A DNA stretch of 64,000 bases from the human T2T-CHM13v2.0 reference genome, Homo sapiens, in NCBI RefSeq assembly GCF_009914755.1, contig NC_060926.1, one strand, 5' to 3'. Position numbers and translations under genes: made by a program. Positions 1 through 56,485 of this stretch are shown in pieces; within the stretch, counting starts at the first letter, position 1, and the number at the start of each line of letters is the position of its first letter. The notes under the pieces are model-generated. The model was given only the letters and a program-made list of their open reading frames with translations. It ran no database searches and was not told where the DNA came from.

Positions 1-800
1 ATAATCATTTCCTTACCTTTTACAGCTGCATAGTATTTCACAGGGGTGTTGTAGCATGGTTTACTTACCCATTTTCCTATTTTTTGGTTATTCTAATTTT
101 TGACTATTACAGTAACAATATGGATTATGTCCTGTGTGTGAGTAATATCCATGAAGTCAGTTCATGGAAGTGGAATTGCTGGTTCAAACATTAGTTTCAG
201 TTATAGTTTTCATGGATAATTACCAAATTGCCCTCCCCATGGACTGTGCCAGTTCTCTTGGCAGCAGTATATGAGAATATCTATTTGCACATACTCTTAC
301 CTACACAGAGTATATATCAAACCTTTGAATCTTTGCTACTTTGAGAGACAATTATATCTGTGGTTTTAATTTGAATTCTTCTTATGAGTGAAATTGAACA
401 TCTTTTCATATACTTAAGAACCATTTGTATTTCCTTTTCTGTGGTCTGTTCATATTCTGTGCCTATTTGTCTGCTAGTGTTTTCCTTAGTAATCTGTAGG
501 AACTCATTGTTAGAAATTTAGTCTTTTTTGGAGGGGTGGGGGAAAGTTGTTAATATATTTTACATATTTTTTAACATATAGGGTTATTATATGTTTTACT
601 TTTTTATTGTTTTGAAACAATACAGTATCAAACTTTGAAAAAGTTGCAAGTGCAGTACTACAAACTTTTTTTAGTAGCAGTTGAGATTAAGTTGCTGACA
701 TGATGCTTCACCATCCCTATTTAGTGTATATTCCCTTCAGATACAAACATTCCACAAAGCCTTCTACATAATCATAGTACAGCCTTCAGAATCGTGAAAC
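1..800 (-). mobile_element. Old L1M fragments in HADHB intron 1
   Basis: gaagtggaattgctggttca, ttgaacatcttttcatat..ccatttgtatttcc. Confidence 0.6.
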
Positions 801-854
801 TAATACTAATGGTTTTATTATCACGCCTAGCAGTCTCTCTGCTTCTTTGACCCT

Positions 855-1410
<556 letters not shown>

Positions 1411-1539
1411 AATGTGAAAACCATGTTGGTGTTCCTATCATAATAATATTATTGGATGAAGAATAGTTGATAAGATTAAGTTTTAATGTTTTCTAGTAGC
1501 CATGGATGAGGTTATCAGAGTTCATAGACTACAATGTAA

Positions 1540-37317
<35,778 letters not shown>

Positions 37318-37807
37318 TAGATCCAGAAGAAGTGACCTGAAGTTTCTGTGCAACACTCACACTAGGCAATGCCATTTCAATGCATTACTAAATGACATTT
37401 GTAGTTCCTAGCTCCTCTTAGGAAAACAGTTCTTGTGGCCTTCTATTAAATACTTTGCACTTAAGCCTTGCCAGTGTTCTGAGCTTTTCAATAATCAGTT
37501 TACTGCTCTTTCAGGGATTTCTAAGCCACCAGAATCTCACATGAGATGTGTGGGTGGTTGTTTTTGGTCTCTGTTGTCACTAAAGACTAAATGAGGGTTT
37601 GCAGTTGGGAAAGAGGTCAACTGAGATTTGGAAATCATCTTTGTAATATTTGCAAATTATACTTGTTCTTATCTGTGTCCTAAAGATGTGTTCTCTATAA
37701 AATACAAACCAACGTGCCTAATTAATTATGGAAAAATAATTCAGAATCTAAACACCACTGAAAACTTATAAAAAATGTTTAGATACATAAATATGGTGGT
37801 CAGCGTT

Positions 37808-37813
37808 AATAAA
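37808..37813 (+). terminator. HADHB: HADHB polyadenylation signal AATAAA (3' UTR about 37318-37830)
   Basis: AATAAA about 490 nt after the stop, with T-rich sequence downstream. Confidence 0.8.
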
Positions 37814-37943
37814 GTGGAGAAATATTGGAGAACTGTTTACCTCATTTTTTATTCATCAGGGGAGGGTGGTTCTCTTGGCTTAGGACCAGATTTTTGCCTT
37901 TAATTACTCATTTATAACTTCTAACTATTGTGGTCAATGCTGA

Positions 37944-38303
<360 letters not shown>

Positions 38304-38679
38304 TAACACATTTTGTTTTCCCCACTGCTGAACTGCAGAATGTTTATTTCACTGTTTGGAGATGCTTCTGTTAGCTAGGATTTAAATAAAGTGTAAAGAA
38401 GTTTTTTATTTTGATCAACTACTCTAAATCCTCTCAGATTTTTGAAAACTACCCTGTACTAAAATAACATGGATGCGAGTGTTTAAAGAAACACTAGCTT
38501 CTTTTTATGGACATTTGTGTGACTGTTGCTTAGGTCTATGAAAGTTACTGGGAATCAAAATTACCCTGTAGTTCAGGGACAGATTGGGCAGGAGACCTAG
38601 TGCTAACCTCTTAAAAGGATATTTGAGAGTCCCAGCATCGTTTCCCCATGGTTTCCTTGGTAATTATAATGTGAGTTTT

Positions 38680-44050
<5,371 letters not shown>

Positions 44051-44097
44051 CAAAAGTTTATTGCAGTTACATAGGATGAATAAGTCCGAGGGATCTG

Positions 44098-44100
<3 letters not shown>

Positions 44101-44147
<47 letters not shown>
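44101..44147. repeat. (CA)n microsatellite
   Basis: About 23 uninterrupted AC units. Confidence 0.95.
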
Positions 44148-44148
<1 letters not shown>

Positions 44149-44348
44149 GATGAGATGGACACGTTAATCAGCTTGACTTTAATATCAGTTCATGATGTAT
44201 ATATAATAAAAAATGCTCATTGTCAAAGAACAACTCAAATAATATAGAGTAGAAAAAAATGAAAAATCAAGTAGAGATACCCACTTACCCATTGATAATG
44301 CTTTGATATCTCTTCCTTTCGAGGCGCTCATACTTGTATGGACAAATG

Positions 44349-45238
<890 letters not shown>

Positions 45239-45300
45239 TAGGGACCAAAATTGCATAGTATAATGCTGTTCTGGAATGCTGTTGTTTTACTTAGCTATAT

Positions 45301-45783
45301 TGGAACAGAAATTAAAAGAAATTAAAGAATGTGTGAGCAAAAACTCAGTTACATGTAAAAAACCCAATTCCCCCTGAAGAAGAGAAAGAGCTGGAGTCCT
45401 TTAAAATCAACTGCCTGTTTTTCTGTGGCTAGTGAGCCTTCTCTCTCCCTTTCCCAGGCATTGTGAAGACTGTTTCTCTAGCTATGCAGCTGTAAGGTCA
45501 CTAGACAGATAATCTCAAGTCATAAAACATGTTGTTCCTTAAAAAGTAAAAAGTAATATAATGCATGTCTCAGTTAAATAACTGTCTTTGCTTCTCGTTT
45601 CTATAATAGGCTTCCCCCTGCACAGATCTCCCCTCGCCCCACAAAATGCTTAAAAGGTAGCTTGACTCTTTGTTCAAGGCTCAGTCCTTTAAATGTTAAT
45701 CCGACTCGGTCGGTGCATCTAAATAATTGAATAATTCCTCCTCAACCCCTCGGTCTCTCTGATTCTTTAATTATCCCACTGCA
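45301..45783 (+). mobile_element. 5' LTR (LTR15-like)
   Basis: TGGAACAG...CCACTGCA, near-identical to 53291-53781. Confidence 0.93.
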
Positions 45784-45787
45784 TTTC

Positions 45788-45804
45788 TGGTGGCCCGTAC
45801 AGGA
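45788..45804 (+). other. Primer-binding site for tRNA-Ile
   Basis: TGGTGGCCCGTACAGGA versus the tRNA-Ile(AAU) complement TGGTGGCCCGTACGGGGA. Confidence 0.85.
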
Positions 45805-46702
45805 ACTGGAGACGACAGATTTACTGTCTCCTTTGCCTGGGGGACTTAGGGCCCTGGGGCTCGGGGAGACCCGGCATCCAAGGCGCGCCATGGGGGAGCT
45901 TCACCTGGATGGAGACTGGCTCTCCCCGCGTCCCAGTGCCCTGCCCGGCAGCGCAACAGAACCGGAGACTGGGCTGCAGGACGATACCAGCACTTCAGGA
46001 ACCACGGTAAGGAAAAAAGGCCCAAGGCAGGAAAGCCCGTCTCATAGGGACGAAGGGGAGCTTGATCACCTCCCGGGGACCAATCACTAATCCAACCCAG
46101 AGTGGCTGGGGGGCGGCAGGAATGGCCTGCCAATTTGGATGAAGCTTGTGTCCCCACTAATAAGGTGGAAAGGAGAAAATAGGCCGATAGAGCGGCAAGT
46201 GCAGCAAGGAAGAGCTTGCTGGCACTCTTGCCACCCGAACTGGGAGTGGGTATGTGCGTGTGAACCTACCCGGGACATGAGAGAGGCTCGTTTCGTCCAA
46301 TGAGGAGTCCTGGGGTAGGAGTGGTGTGTGTATGTGTGTGAATGTGGGAGCCTAACTAGGCTCACCCGGCACATGGAGAGGCCTGTTTCATCCGATGAGG
46401 AGTCCTGGGGTAGGGGAGGTGTGTGAAAGTGTGTGAAAGAGATGGTCTCGGGAGAGGCCAACGCGGGGAGTGACGAGGGGAGGCACAGATCCCTTAGTGC
46501 GGGTTGTGTTCCGAGGCCAGTGTGGGGGAAACCAGACCTAGAACGTTGTATACGGCTGATAGGACCAGGTCCACCGCTGCAGCAGGCTGTGAGAGGGGAA
46601 GGCACGTTCCTGGCTAAGCAGCGTCCAAAACTCCCGTAATAGGACCCAGTCTGGTGGACCCGAGAGTAAAAGTGAGAGTGAAAGTGCGCCGCAAGGGAGG
46701 AA

Positions 46703-48128
46703 ATGGGAGGAAAAGCGTCGAAACCAACTCCTTTGGAGTGCATGATAAAAAAATTTTTAAAAAGGATTTAGAGGTGATTATGGGATGAAACTGGATGCTC
46801 AAAATTTAAGGACATACTGTGAATTAGAATAGCCCTCTTTTAGTGTTGGACGACTGGCCGAAGGCACTACAGAGAAATTGGCCGTGTGTTTTAAGGTGGT
46901 GACTAGGGTTGGAGGACCACCAGGGCATTCAGACCTAGTCTTTGTATTGATTCATGGCTAAATGAATGCAGCCCTGCCTAGCAGTTTATTGTAGAACGCT
47001 CGCAGCTCATGGCGAGAGACACCAGCTGTGCTGGCAGCTACAGAGTTAAAGGGAAAGTCACAGAGCCTTGTAACTCCACAAGTAAAAAGTGAAAAGTAAA
47101 AGCCAAAAGTGAAAGTAAAAATCAGCTGTGCCAGGAACTATGGAGACAAAAGAAAAGTCTCAGGAAAGAGAAAACTGGTTTTGCAAGAACCACAGAAGGG
47201 AATAAAGACCCCTCCTCCCTACATTCCAATCTACCCCCCTTTACCAAGGCTAACTGCCCCTAAGGAGTTAAGTTCAAAGAAATACAGGCTCCCAGAAGAA
47301 AAAATCAGAGCTCCAGGAAGTTAAAGTGAAAGGTTACAAAAAAGTCAGGCAGGCCGTCTCAGGTCTGGCCGTGCCCAAGTTATGCTTATGCCTCTTAAGA
47401 GGACAAAAGGACCCCCACTAGGACCCAGATGATGCAGTCCAGCTTCAACCCCTACAAAATTGCCGAGAAGCACTTCTGCCAAAGGCTAAAGGATGGTAAA
47501 AGAAAAAGGTAACCAATATATATATATATATATAAAAAATCTCAGAGGTGCTCCAGGGTGCAGATAAAAGCACCAACCAGTTTTAAAAAAGACTTTGTGG
47601 GCATTTTGGTTGTACACTCCGTTTAACTCTAAGGCTGCTGAAAATCAGCACGTGGTGGATACAGCATTTGTAAGACAGGCCCAAGGAGATATCCGGCATA
47701 CATTGCAGAAGTTAGAAGCTCCGTAGGCGTGAATGCTACTCAGCTTATTAAGGTGGCTACCAAGGTGTACATTAACTGAGATCAAGAGGCAAAAAAGAAA
47801 GCTGATCGGAGGCTTAAGAAAGGCTAATTTACTAGCAGCAGCCCTTACAGGAAGAGAAGCTGGCTTTGCAAGGAGGCAGGGACGTGGGCGTGAACACAGT
47901 CGTGGAAAAGGCTAGTCTGGACAGGAGTTTGAAAGCCGGCCGAGGCTAGAGAGAGATTAATGCGCACAGTGCAAAAGGAAAGGACACTAGAAGGATAAAT
48001 GTCAAAAGAATAAGGAAAATGGTCAATGGTCTAACACCCGAGTGCAGCGTTCGGTTGCTAGTTGTCATGCTTCAAAGGCAGATCCTGATCTGATCGGCTT
48101 AGCGGGGGCTGAGAATTTAGAGGACTGA
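46703..48128 (+). pseudogene. ERV gag, disrupted
   Basis: MGGKASKPTPLECM..LRTYCELE*PSF; CA segment ISEVLQGAD..F*KRLC; NC knuckle CAQCKRKGH*KDKC at 47961-48002. Confidence 0.85.
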
Positions 48129-48129
48129 T

Positions 48130-51100
48130 AGACCGGGCTCCATCCTTTTAGGCCCCGGGGAGCCTATAGTCTCTATGGAAGTAGGGGGCCAATTAATGGA
48201 TTTTTTGGTCGATACTGGTGCTGATTTCTCTGTGGTAACTCACCAATTAGTCCCCCCACAAAGAACTGTGCTACTATCGTAGGGGCTACTGGCGCCAAAG
48301 AAAAGAGGCCTTTTTGCAAATCCAGGAGATGTATTATTGGGGGACAAAAAGTGCAGCATGAGTTTCTATATATGCCAAATTATCCAGTGCCCTTGTTGAA
48401 AAGAGACTTACTCCAGAAACTGCAGGCACAAATCTCCTTTACACCTAAAGAGAATATGACACTAGAGTTTAGAAAGTTTAAGGCAATGGTTTTGACTATA
48501 ACTGTCTCAAGAACTGAGAAATGGCGGCTCTATAAACTGTGTGCCAGAAGGCCACTGGAGGCGGACCTACACAATATGCGGGGAATGCTTTTCAAGGTAC
48601 CAGGTGTATGGACCGAGCACAACCTCCCTGGACTTGCTGCAAACAGACCCCCGGTCGTAGTAGAGCTTAGCCCTTATGTTCCCCGGTACAAGTCCGTCAA
48701 TACCCACTACCCAGAGAGGCAATTGATGGCATAACGAAACATTTAAATCGGCTCTGTGAACATAGGATTATACTGAAATGCAAGTCCTCCTGGAATACTC
48801 CTCTGCTGCCTGTGCAGAAGCCAAATGGTGAATACAGGCCAGTTTACAAAGTGTCCAAGGACAAGGCAAAAGTCTTTTTTCAGCAGGTTGGATAGCTAAG
48901 ATTCATGGTATCCCAAGGCCAGTGCAGGCTTGGAAGTGCACGCAAGGAGGCTGTAGGTGCATTGCCCACCCACAGGTCAGGGAATTTCTAGGTGCGGCGG
49001 GATTCTGCCGAATCTGGATTCCAAACTTCTCCCTTATAGCAAAGCCCTTATATGAGGCTACCAAAGGAAAAGAAAGAGAGCCCCTCCTATGGGAAAAGGA
49101 ATAGGAAAAGGCCTTCAAAGATATAAACGAAGCTCTCATCCAAGCCCCGGTGCTAAGGTTGCCAGATATTAAAAAGCCCTTTTTTTGTATGTGAATAAAC
49201 GAAAGGGAATGGCAGTCGGAGTCGTAACTCAGCTGGGTTCTTAGCATCGGCCGGTAACACACTTATCCAAGAGACTGGACTTGGTGGCCTTAGGTTGGCC
49301 CCACTGCCTCAGGGCGTTGGCAGCTACTGCAATCCTTCTAAAAGATGCCAACAAGCTAGCCCTAGGTCAGAAGTTAATAGTTCGGGTGCCACATGCTGTA
49401 GTCACCTTAATGGAGCAAAGAGGACATCATTGGCTGTCCAACTCTAGAATGCTAAAGTATCAAGGGCTTCTGTGTAAAAATCCCCAGATAACACTGGAGA
49501 CTGTAAATACCTTGAACCCAGTTCCCCTGCTGCCTGTGGAGGAACCCGACTGGAAGGACGGTAGGTTGCCTCGCTGCTGGCAGGACCTTCTCCACTGTTG
49601 CCTAAATACGGTGGATGAAGTGTTCTCGAGCCAGGAAGATCTCAGAGATATCCTCCTTGGAGAGCCCAGATGTTGAATACTTCACTGATGGTAGCAGTTT
49701 CATAACAGATGGGGTACGATATGCAGGGTATGCCGTAGTGACCCAACACTCAGCAGTTGAGGCTCAAGCCTTACCTTCTGGGACTTCTGCTCAGAAGGCT
49801 GAATTAATAGCATTAACCGGATCACTGTTATTGGACAAGGGGAAGAAAGTAAATATATATACTGATTCAAGATATGCTTTTGCAACCCTGCATGCCCATG
49901 GGGCAACATGCAAAGAGAGAGGACTTTTGACTACTAAAGGAAAAAAAATTAAAAAAAAAAATAAAGAGGAAATTTTGCAATTATTAGAAGCCATATAGGC
50001 TCCAGAAAAGGTGGCTGTCATTCATTGCAAAGAACACTAAATGGAAAAAAGCTATGAAGCACAGGGCAACAGAAAGGCAGACCTAGAGGCTCTGCGGGCA
50101 TCAATGAGCAAGGCTTTACCTGAAGAAAGACCTATAGCAACGCCTCTCCTTATAGAGCCCCCTTTGCCGGAGGTACCCAATTACTCTTCAAGTGAAACAG
50201 CTTGGTTTGGTCAGGAAACAAAAAAATATATTAAAGGTGGATGGTGGCTCTGACAGGAGGCTAGCCATCCCAGAGACAATAGCCCCAAGGTTTGTGAAGC
50301 AGATCCATCAAGGAACACACATTGGAAGGACAGCTCTAGAGACTTGGATAGGTTGGCATCTCTATGTGCCATGGCTGTCTGCCATGACCCGTGCTGTTTG
50401 TGAACAATGTCTATCTTGTGCCCGGAGTAATCCAAAACGAGGACCTACTCAACCTCCAGGAATTCAGGAAGTAGGAGCTGTGCCTTGTGAGAACCTGCTT
50501 ATAGACTTTACCGAGTTGCCTTGAGCAGGAGGTTACCAGTATATGCTAGTGTTTGTTTGCACCTACTCGGGGTGGGTTGAGGCCTTCCCCACCGGAACTA
50601 AAAAGACACAAGAGGTGACAAAGGTGCTACTGAAAGACATCATACCAAGGTTTGGGTCGCCTCTAACCCTAGGATCAGACGACGGTCCTGCATTTGTGGC
50701 AGAAGTTGTACAACAGCTAACTCAACTTTTAAAGATCAAATGGAAACTACACACAGCCTATCGACCACAGAGTTCAGGGAAGGTGGAACGCATGAACCAG
50801 ACACTCAAACAGCTACTGAAGAAATTGTGTCAAAAAAACTCATCAAAAGTAGGATCAGGTCTTGCCCATGGTCCTCCTCCAAGTCAGGTGCACCTCCACC
50901 AAACAAACTGGGTATTCGCCCTCTGAGATTTTTTTCGGCCGGCCACCCACCCACCCATCATAAGACAGATTAAAGGTAATCTCTGTAAACTAGAAGAACT
51001 AACTTTAAGAAGGCAAATGCAGACTTTAAGTATGGCCATGTAAGAATGCATGACTGGGTATAGAAAAATGCCTATAAGTCTAACAGACCCAGTACACCCT

Positions 51101-51410
51101 TTCAAACCTAAGGATTTTGTTTAAGCTAAAATAATGGAATCCAACCATTCTGGGACCCATACAGGATAGGTCTCGTATTGTAATCATGTCTGCTTCCACT
51201 GCTGTTAAAGTTGCAGGTGTCACACCTTGGATTCACCATAGCCAGCAGAAACCAGTGGCAACAGAGACTCCCGACGATAACCAGTGGATTAACCAACAAG
51301 ACCCAGATCGCCCCACCTGAATAGTCCTACGGCGAAACCCAACCACCGGTAAGAAGGACAACTGGCCTGCTCTGACCACACCGGAGGATGGTCAGTCTAT
51401 GCACGGCTGA
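48130..51410 (+). pseudogene. ERV pro-pol, disrupted; RT core deleted
   Basis: Protease FLVDTGA (DTG at 48211-48219); RT WNTPLLPV..YRPV and [17 protein letters not shown]; RNase H FTDGSS, SAQKAELIAL, YTDSRYAF; integrase [28 protein letters not shown]. Confidence 0.9.
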
Positions 51411-51599
51411 AGCTTGAGGATCCTGCAAGCTCTGCTCTAGTCACATCCTGGAAGCTGACTAGTCTACGCACAGTCGAAGCTAAGAGGACAATATCCGGAT
51501 AAGTAAATGTGGATACAATTTATAAGCCTACTTACAATTCTGTCAACACTGATTGCTCTGCTGTTATGTTATCATTGCAAATGCTGCAAATGTCTATGC

Positions 51600-53256
51600 C
51601 CAGAGGAAGGTTTGCCATGCCCATGTATAGTATAGGCATGTTTCTATTACATACACTGTTGTCGTTACCATTTCTGCCTATACTAGAAGGGGAGAAATCT
51701 CTAGAAGGATGTCCACACTGTGTACATACTACCTGGGTAAGGAATAGCGTAGTTAAAACTCTACTGTACCATACCTACTATAAATGTACAGGAACCAAGT
51801 TAGAAACCTACACATACAACCAGAAACAGTCTGCAATGGTTTAACACAAGAGAGGCTTAGCAAGAGCAGCCCTAAACACCTGTACGGAGAGCTACAAATC
51901 GGATGCCCAGACTGTAACATTCGGTGGTCTACACTAACACATCTCCAACACTTATATTCAGGAAGGATTGCTCTGCTAAGTAGTATGTCAACCAAACCAA
52001 ATTGTAAGGCAAGAACATGCAATCCTTTAAATTTTACTATCTTAAAGCCAGAGCTACCTTTTTGGTCTACAGGACAGACAGCACTATTATGAGTTGATAG
52101 ACAAGGAGTAGGCCTTGGAGTTCCACTACTAATTGTCAAAAAGACTAGAAGGATTCAAATGTGTCCAACCCCACAATTCCGGGTCCATAAGTCATTCTAT
52201 AAACATTTTGATCAGTCAGTGCCTGAGCTTTCCCATCAACCAAAAATTTACTTGCTCAACTAGCTAAAAACATATCTGGCAGCTTGGAAATTTCCTTATG
52301 CTATGTATGCGGAGAAACTAATATAGGGGACCAGTGGCCATGAGAGGCAAAAAAAGTAATGCCACAAGATAACTTTACTTCGCCTAACCCTGCCAGTGAA
52401 CCAACAGCCTCAACCAGTGTTTGGTTGTTTAAAACCTCCGTAATTGAAAAGTACTGTATCGCCTGAGTAAAAAAAAAAAAAAAAGCTTTCACAGAGGCAG
52501 TAGGAGAAACAACCTGCCTAGGGCAACAGTATTATGATGAGACTAAAAACAAAACTCTATGCAGAAACGCCCAGAACGACTCCTATTTACCAGATCCAAA
52601 CCCTTTCTCTCGGTTCTCTACTCTAAGCCACTCTTGGCATCAGCTAGAGGCTCCAGATGCTTAGAAAGCACCCTTTGGCCTATATTGGAACTGTGGAGCA
52701 CGGGTGTGTCGGCACAGGCATATCAGCTAAATAGACAGAGGCGTGTGGGTTAGGAACAATCAAGCCATCCTTCTTTCTAATTCCTCTAAAGCAAGGGGAA
52801 CTCTTAGGATATCCAGTTTATAATGAAAATTTAAAAAAAAACTAAAAAAAGCATAATCGCAAAAATGACACAAATGTCAAAAAAATGTAGACATAAAAGA
52901 CTGGAAAGATAATAACGGCCGAGCTGTCATAGAAATCACAGCTAAAATGCGCAAGTTAGCCCATGTTCCAGTTCAGACTTGCTCCAGATAATCCCCGGAT
53001 TCCTTGTTTAGAGGATGGTTCTCAACCTTTAAAAGATTCAAAACCCTCATTGGTGGGTTTTTGTTTATTCTTGGAATCTGCCTCATCCTCCCTTGACTTT
53101 TACCCCTGTAAGTAGGAGTATTTGTCAACTATAGAGGCAGTGGTAACCCGACACACTGCCACGCAGTTGATGGCATTAACCAAATATCAGCCGCTGCCAG
53201 TAGAAGAAAGAGCTCAGCTCTGTGAAGAGGTGGCAAATAGTGGTGCTTTCTATTAA
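51600..53256 (+). pseudogene. ERV env (ERV3/HERV-E-like), disrupted; TM ectodomain largely deleted
   Basis: [52 protein letters not shown] and a hydrophobic membrane anchor. Confidence 0.85.
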
Positions 53257-53278
53257 CACCTTTGTTATGAAAAGCACC

Positions 53279-53290
53279 AAAGGGGGGAAA
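53279..53290 (+). other. Polypurine tract
   Basis: AAAGGGGGGAAA directly before the 3' LTR. Confidence 0.85.
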
Positions 53291-53781
53291 TGGAACAGAA
53301 ATTAAAAGAAATTAAAGAATGTGTGAGCAAAAACTCAGTTATATGTTTAAAAAAAAAAAAACACCAATTCCCCCTGAAGAAGAGAAAGAGCTGGAGTCCT
53401 TTAAAATCAACTGCCTGTTTTTCTGTGGCTAGTGAGCCTTCTCTCTCCCTTTCCCAGGCATTGTGAAGACTGTTTCTCTAGCTGTGCAGCTGTAAGGTCA
53501 CTAGACAGATAATCTCAAGTCATAAAACATGTTGTTCCTTAAAAAGTAAAAAGTAATATAATGCATGTCTCAGTTAAATAACTGTCTTTGCTTCTTGTTT
53601 CTATAATAGGCTTCCCCCTGCACAGATCTCCCCTCGCCCCACAAAATGCTTAAAAGGTAGCTTAACTCTGTTCAAGGCTGTGTCCTTTAAATGTTAATCT
53701 GACTGGTTTGGTGCATCTAAATAATTAAATAATTCCTCCTCAACCCCTCGGTCTCTCTGATTCTTTAATTATCCCACTGCA
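53291..53781 (+). mobile_element. 3' LTR (LTR15-like)
   Basis: Direct repeat of the 5' LTR with an expanded A run. Confidence 0.93.
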
Positions 53782-53976
53782 ATATAGTCTAAATATTTTT
53801 CCCTATCAGTAGGTGTAGCTATACATCATCATTTTTAATGACCACATGGTGTTCCTTTGTATGGCTATATCCTAGTTTATTTTTCTAGGTGCCTCTTTTT
53901 AGAGGACATACACACACTGGAATGCACATTGTTTGTGCACATTATCTATTCACTCATCCACTTCTCTTTCTCTCTC

Positions 53977-55493
<1,517 letters not shown>

Positions 55494-55568
55494 TCACACT
55501 AATCATTAAGTGAAGGCATGGCGTTTGTAAGAAAAGTGTTTTCAACGGTACGTGATAGCATAACCATT

Positions 55569-55574
55569 TTTATT
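55569..55574 (-). terminator. ADGRF3: Candidate ADGRF3 poly(A) signal AATAAA (a second candidate at 55797-55802)
   Basis: tttatt on the + strand at the end of an AT-rich 3' UTR. Confidence 0.55.
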
Positions 55575-56463
55575 TTAACAGAAAATGCCCCCGTCCCATT
55601 TTATAAAAAATATCCATGAATTGCATAATTAACAAAGACCGATTCATCAGACTTTTTTCACGTATCTAGTTTAAAAATTTCTCAGAATCCTGTCATCTTC
55701 CTCTTGTGAATTCCATAAGTTAATTCAGCCAGATAGATATCTTGGTGTCTTCAAAAAGATTTTCTTCTAGTATTCATTTTTAAATATAAATTAAACTTTA
55801 TTAATTGATATAAATTTATATTAAACTTTAAATTTTTATAACCTATTCTTACAACGTGCTCATATCAATCAATGCCTCTATACATGGATATGGTTAAGAA
55901 ACTTACATTTTATATTGATTTTTTAAAGGTTAAAGAAAGAGGGACCAATTAACTTCACCTTTTCCTAAACTTGAAAAGACAAACCAAATTCTGCCCTTCA
56001 TCTCCAATGTTTGAAAGATCAGAGGTTCCTGTCAAGTAAGTCATCCTTTCTTCATAACTATTGAAAAAGAAATAATCAGAAATCGCTGAATAGGTCAATT
56101 AAAACCATTTTTATCAAATATATTCATTCACAACATGTATTGTTGTAGTTAAAAACTGGTTGAGAAAGTTTACTTGTAATTATTCCGCACTTTGATATCT
56201 GTCGATTATTTCTGGAGCAAAGGCAGGCTTATTCATTAGGTGCCTTTAGCTAATTTTTCCTGCTATTCTTGCTGGATACTTTAGAAATGAGAAGGGGTGA
56301 GCTGTAAGATAAATGAGTGTCACTAAGGGAAATATAAGCCTGCCTTTCTCAAGGGCTGAGCTCCGGGAGGCGGGAAGAGTTCAGAGCATTGGGCCAGGGC
56401 TCATCTGGTGGGTTCAAGCACACAGCCTCAACTCCCTTGCAGGAACATGGGTCCGTGTGTGGT

Positions 56464-56485
56464 TCACTCTGAAGCATCTGTCTTC
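56464..56485 (-). CDS. ADGRF3: ADGRF3 last exon, coding part (R)KTDASE*; 3' UTR to about 55550
   Basis: tcacag|G AAG ACA GAT GCT TCA GAG TGA. Confidence 0.8.

Larger units (their letters stand above)
45301..53781 (+). mobile_element. Class I (gamma-like) endogenous provirus, HERV15/RRHERV-I type; two LTRs; defective gag-pro-pol-env
   Basis: Direct LTRs, 4-bp TSD ATAT (45297-45300 and 53782-53785), PBS-Ile, PPT, and recognisable gag, pro, RT, RNase H, IN and env remnants. Confidence 0.93.

Noticed and set aside
45510-45540. AAACATGTTG p53-like half-site in the LTR15 copies
   Set aside because: The adjacent second half-site is poor, so a full response element is not supported.
46260-46440. 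Direct repeat of about 95 bp in the ERV leader containing gtttcgtc (GACGAAAC on the minus strand), reminiscent of a hammerhead ribozyme
   Set aside because: No CUGAnGA core precedes the GAAA on either strand; it looks like an ordinary leader duplication.
46087-46743. 218-aa minus-strand ORF over the proviral leader
   Set aside because: Low-complexity S/P/H-rich sequence in a GC-rich repetitive leader with no recognisable domain; a chance ORF is the simpler explanation.
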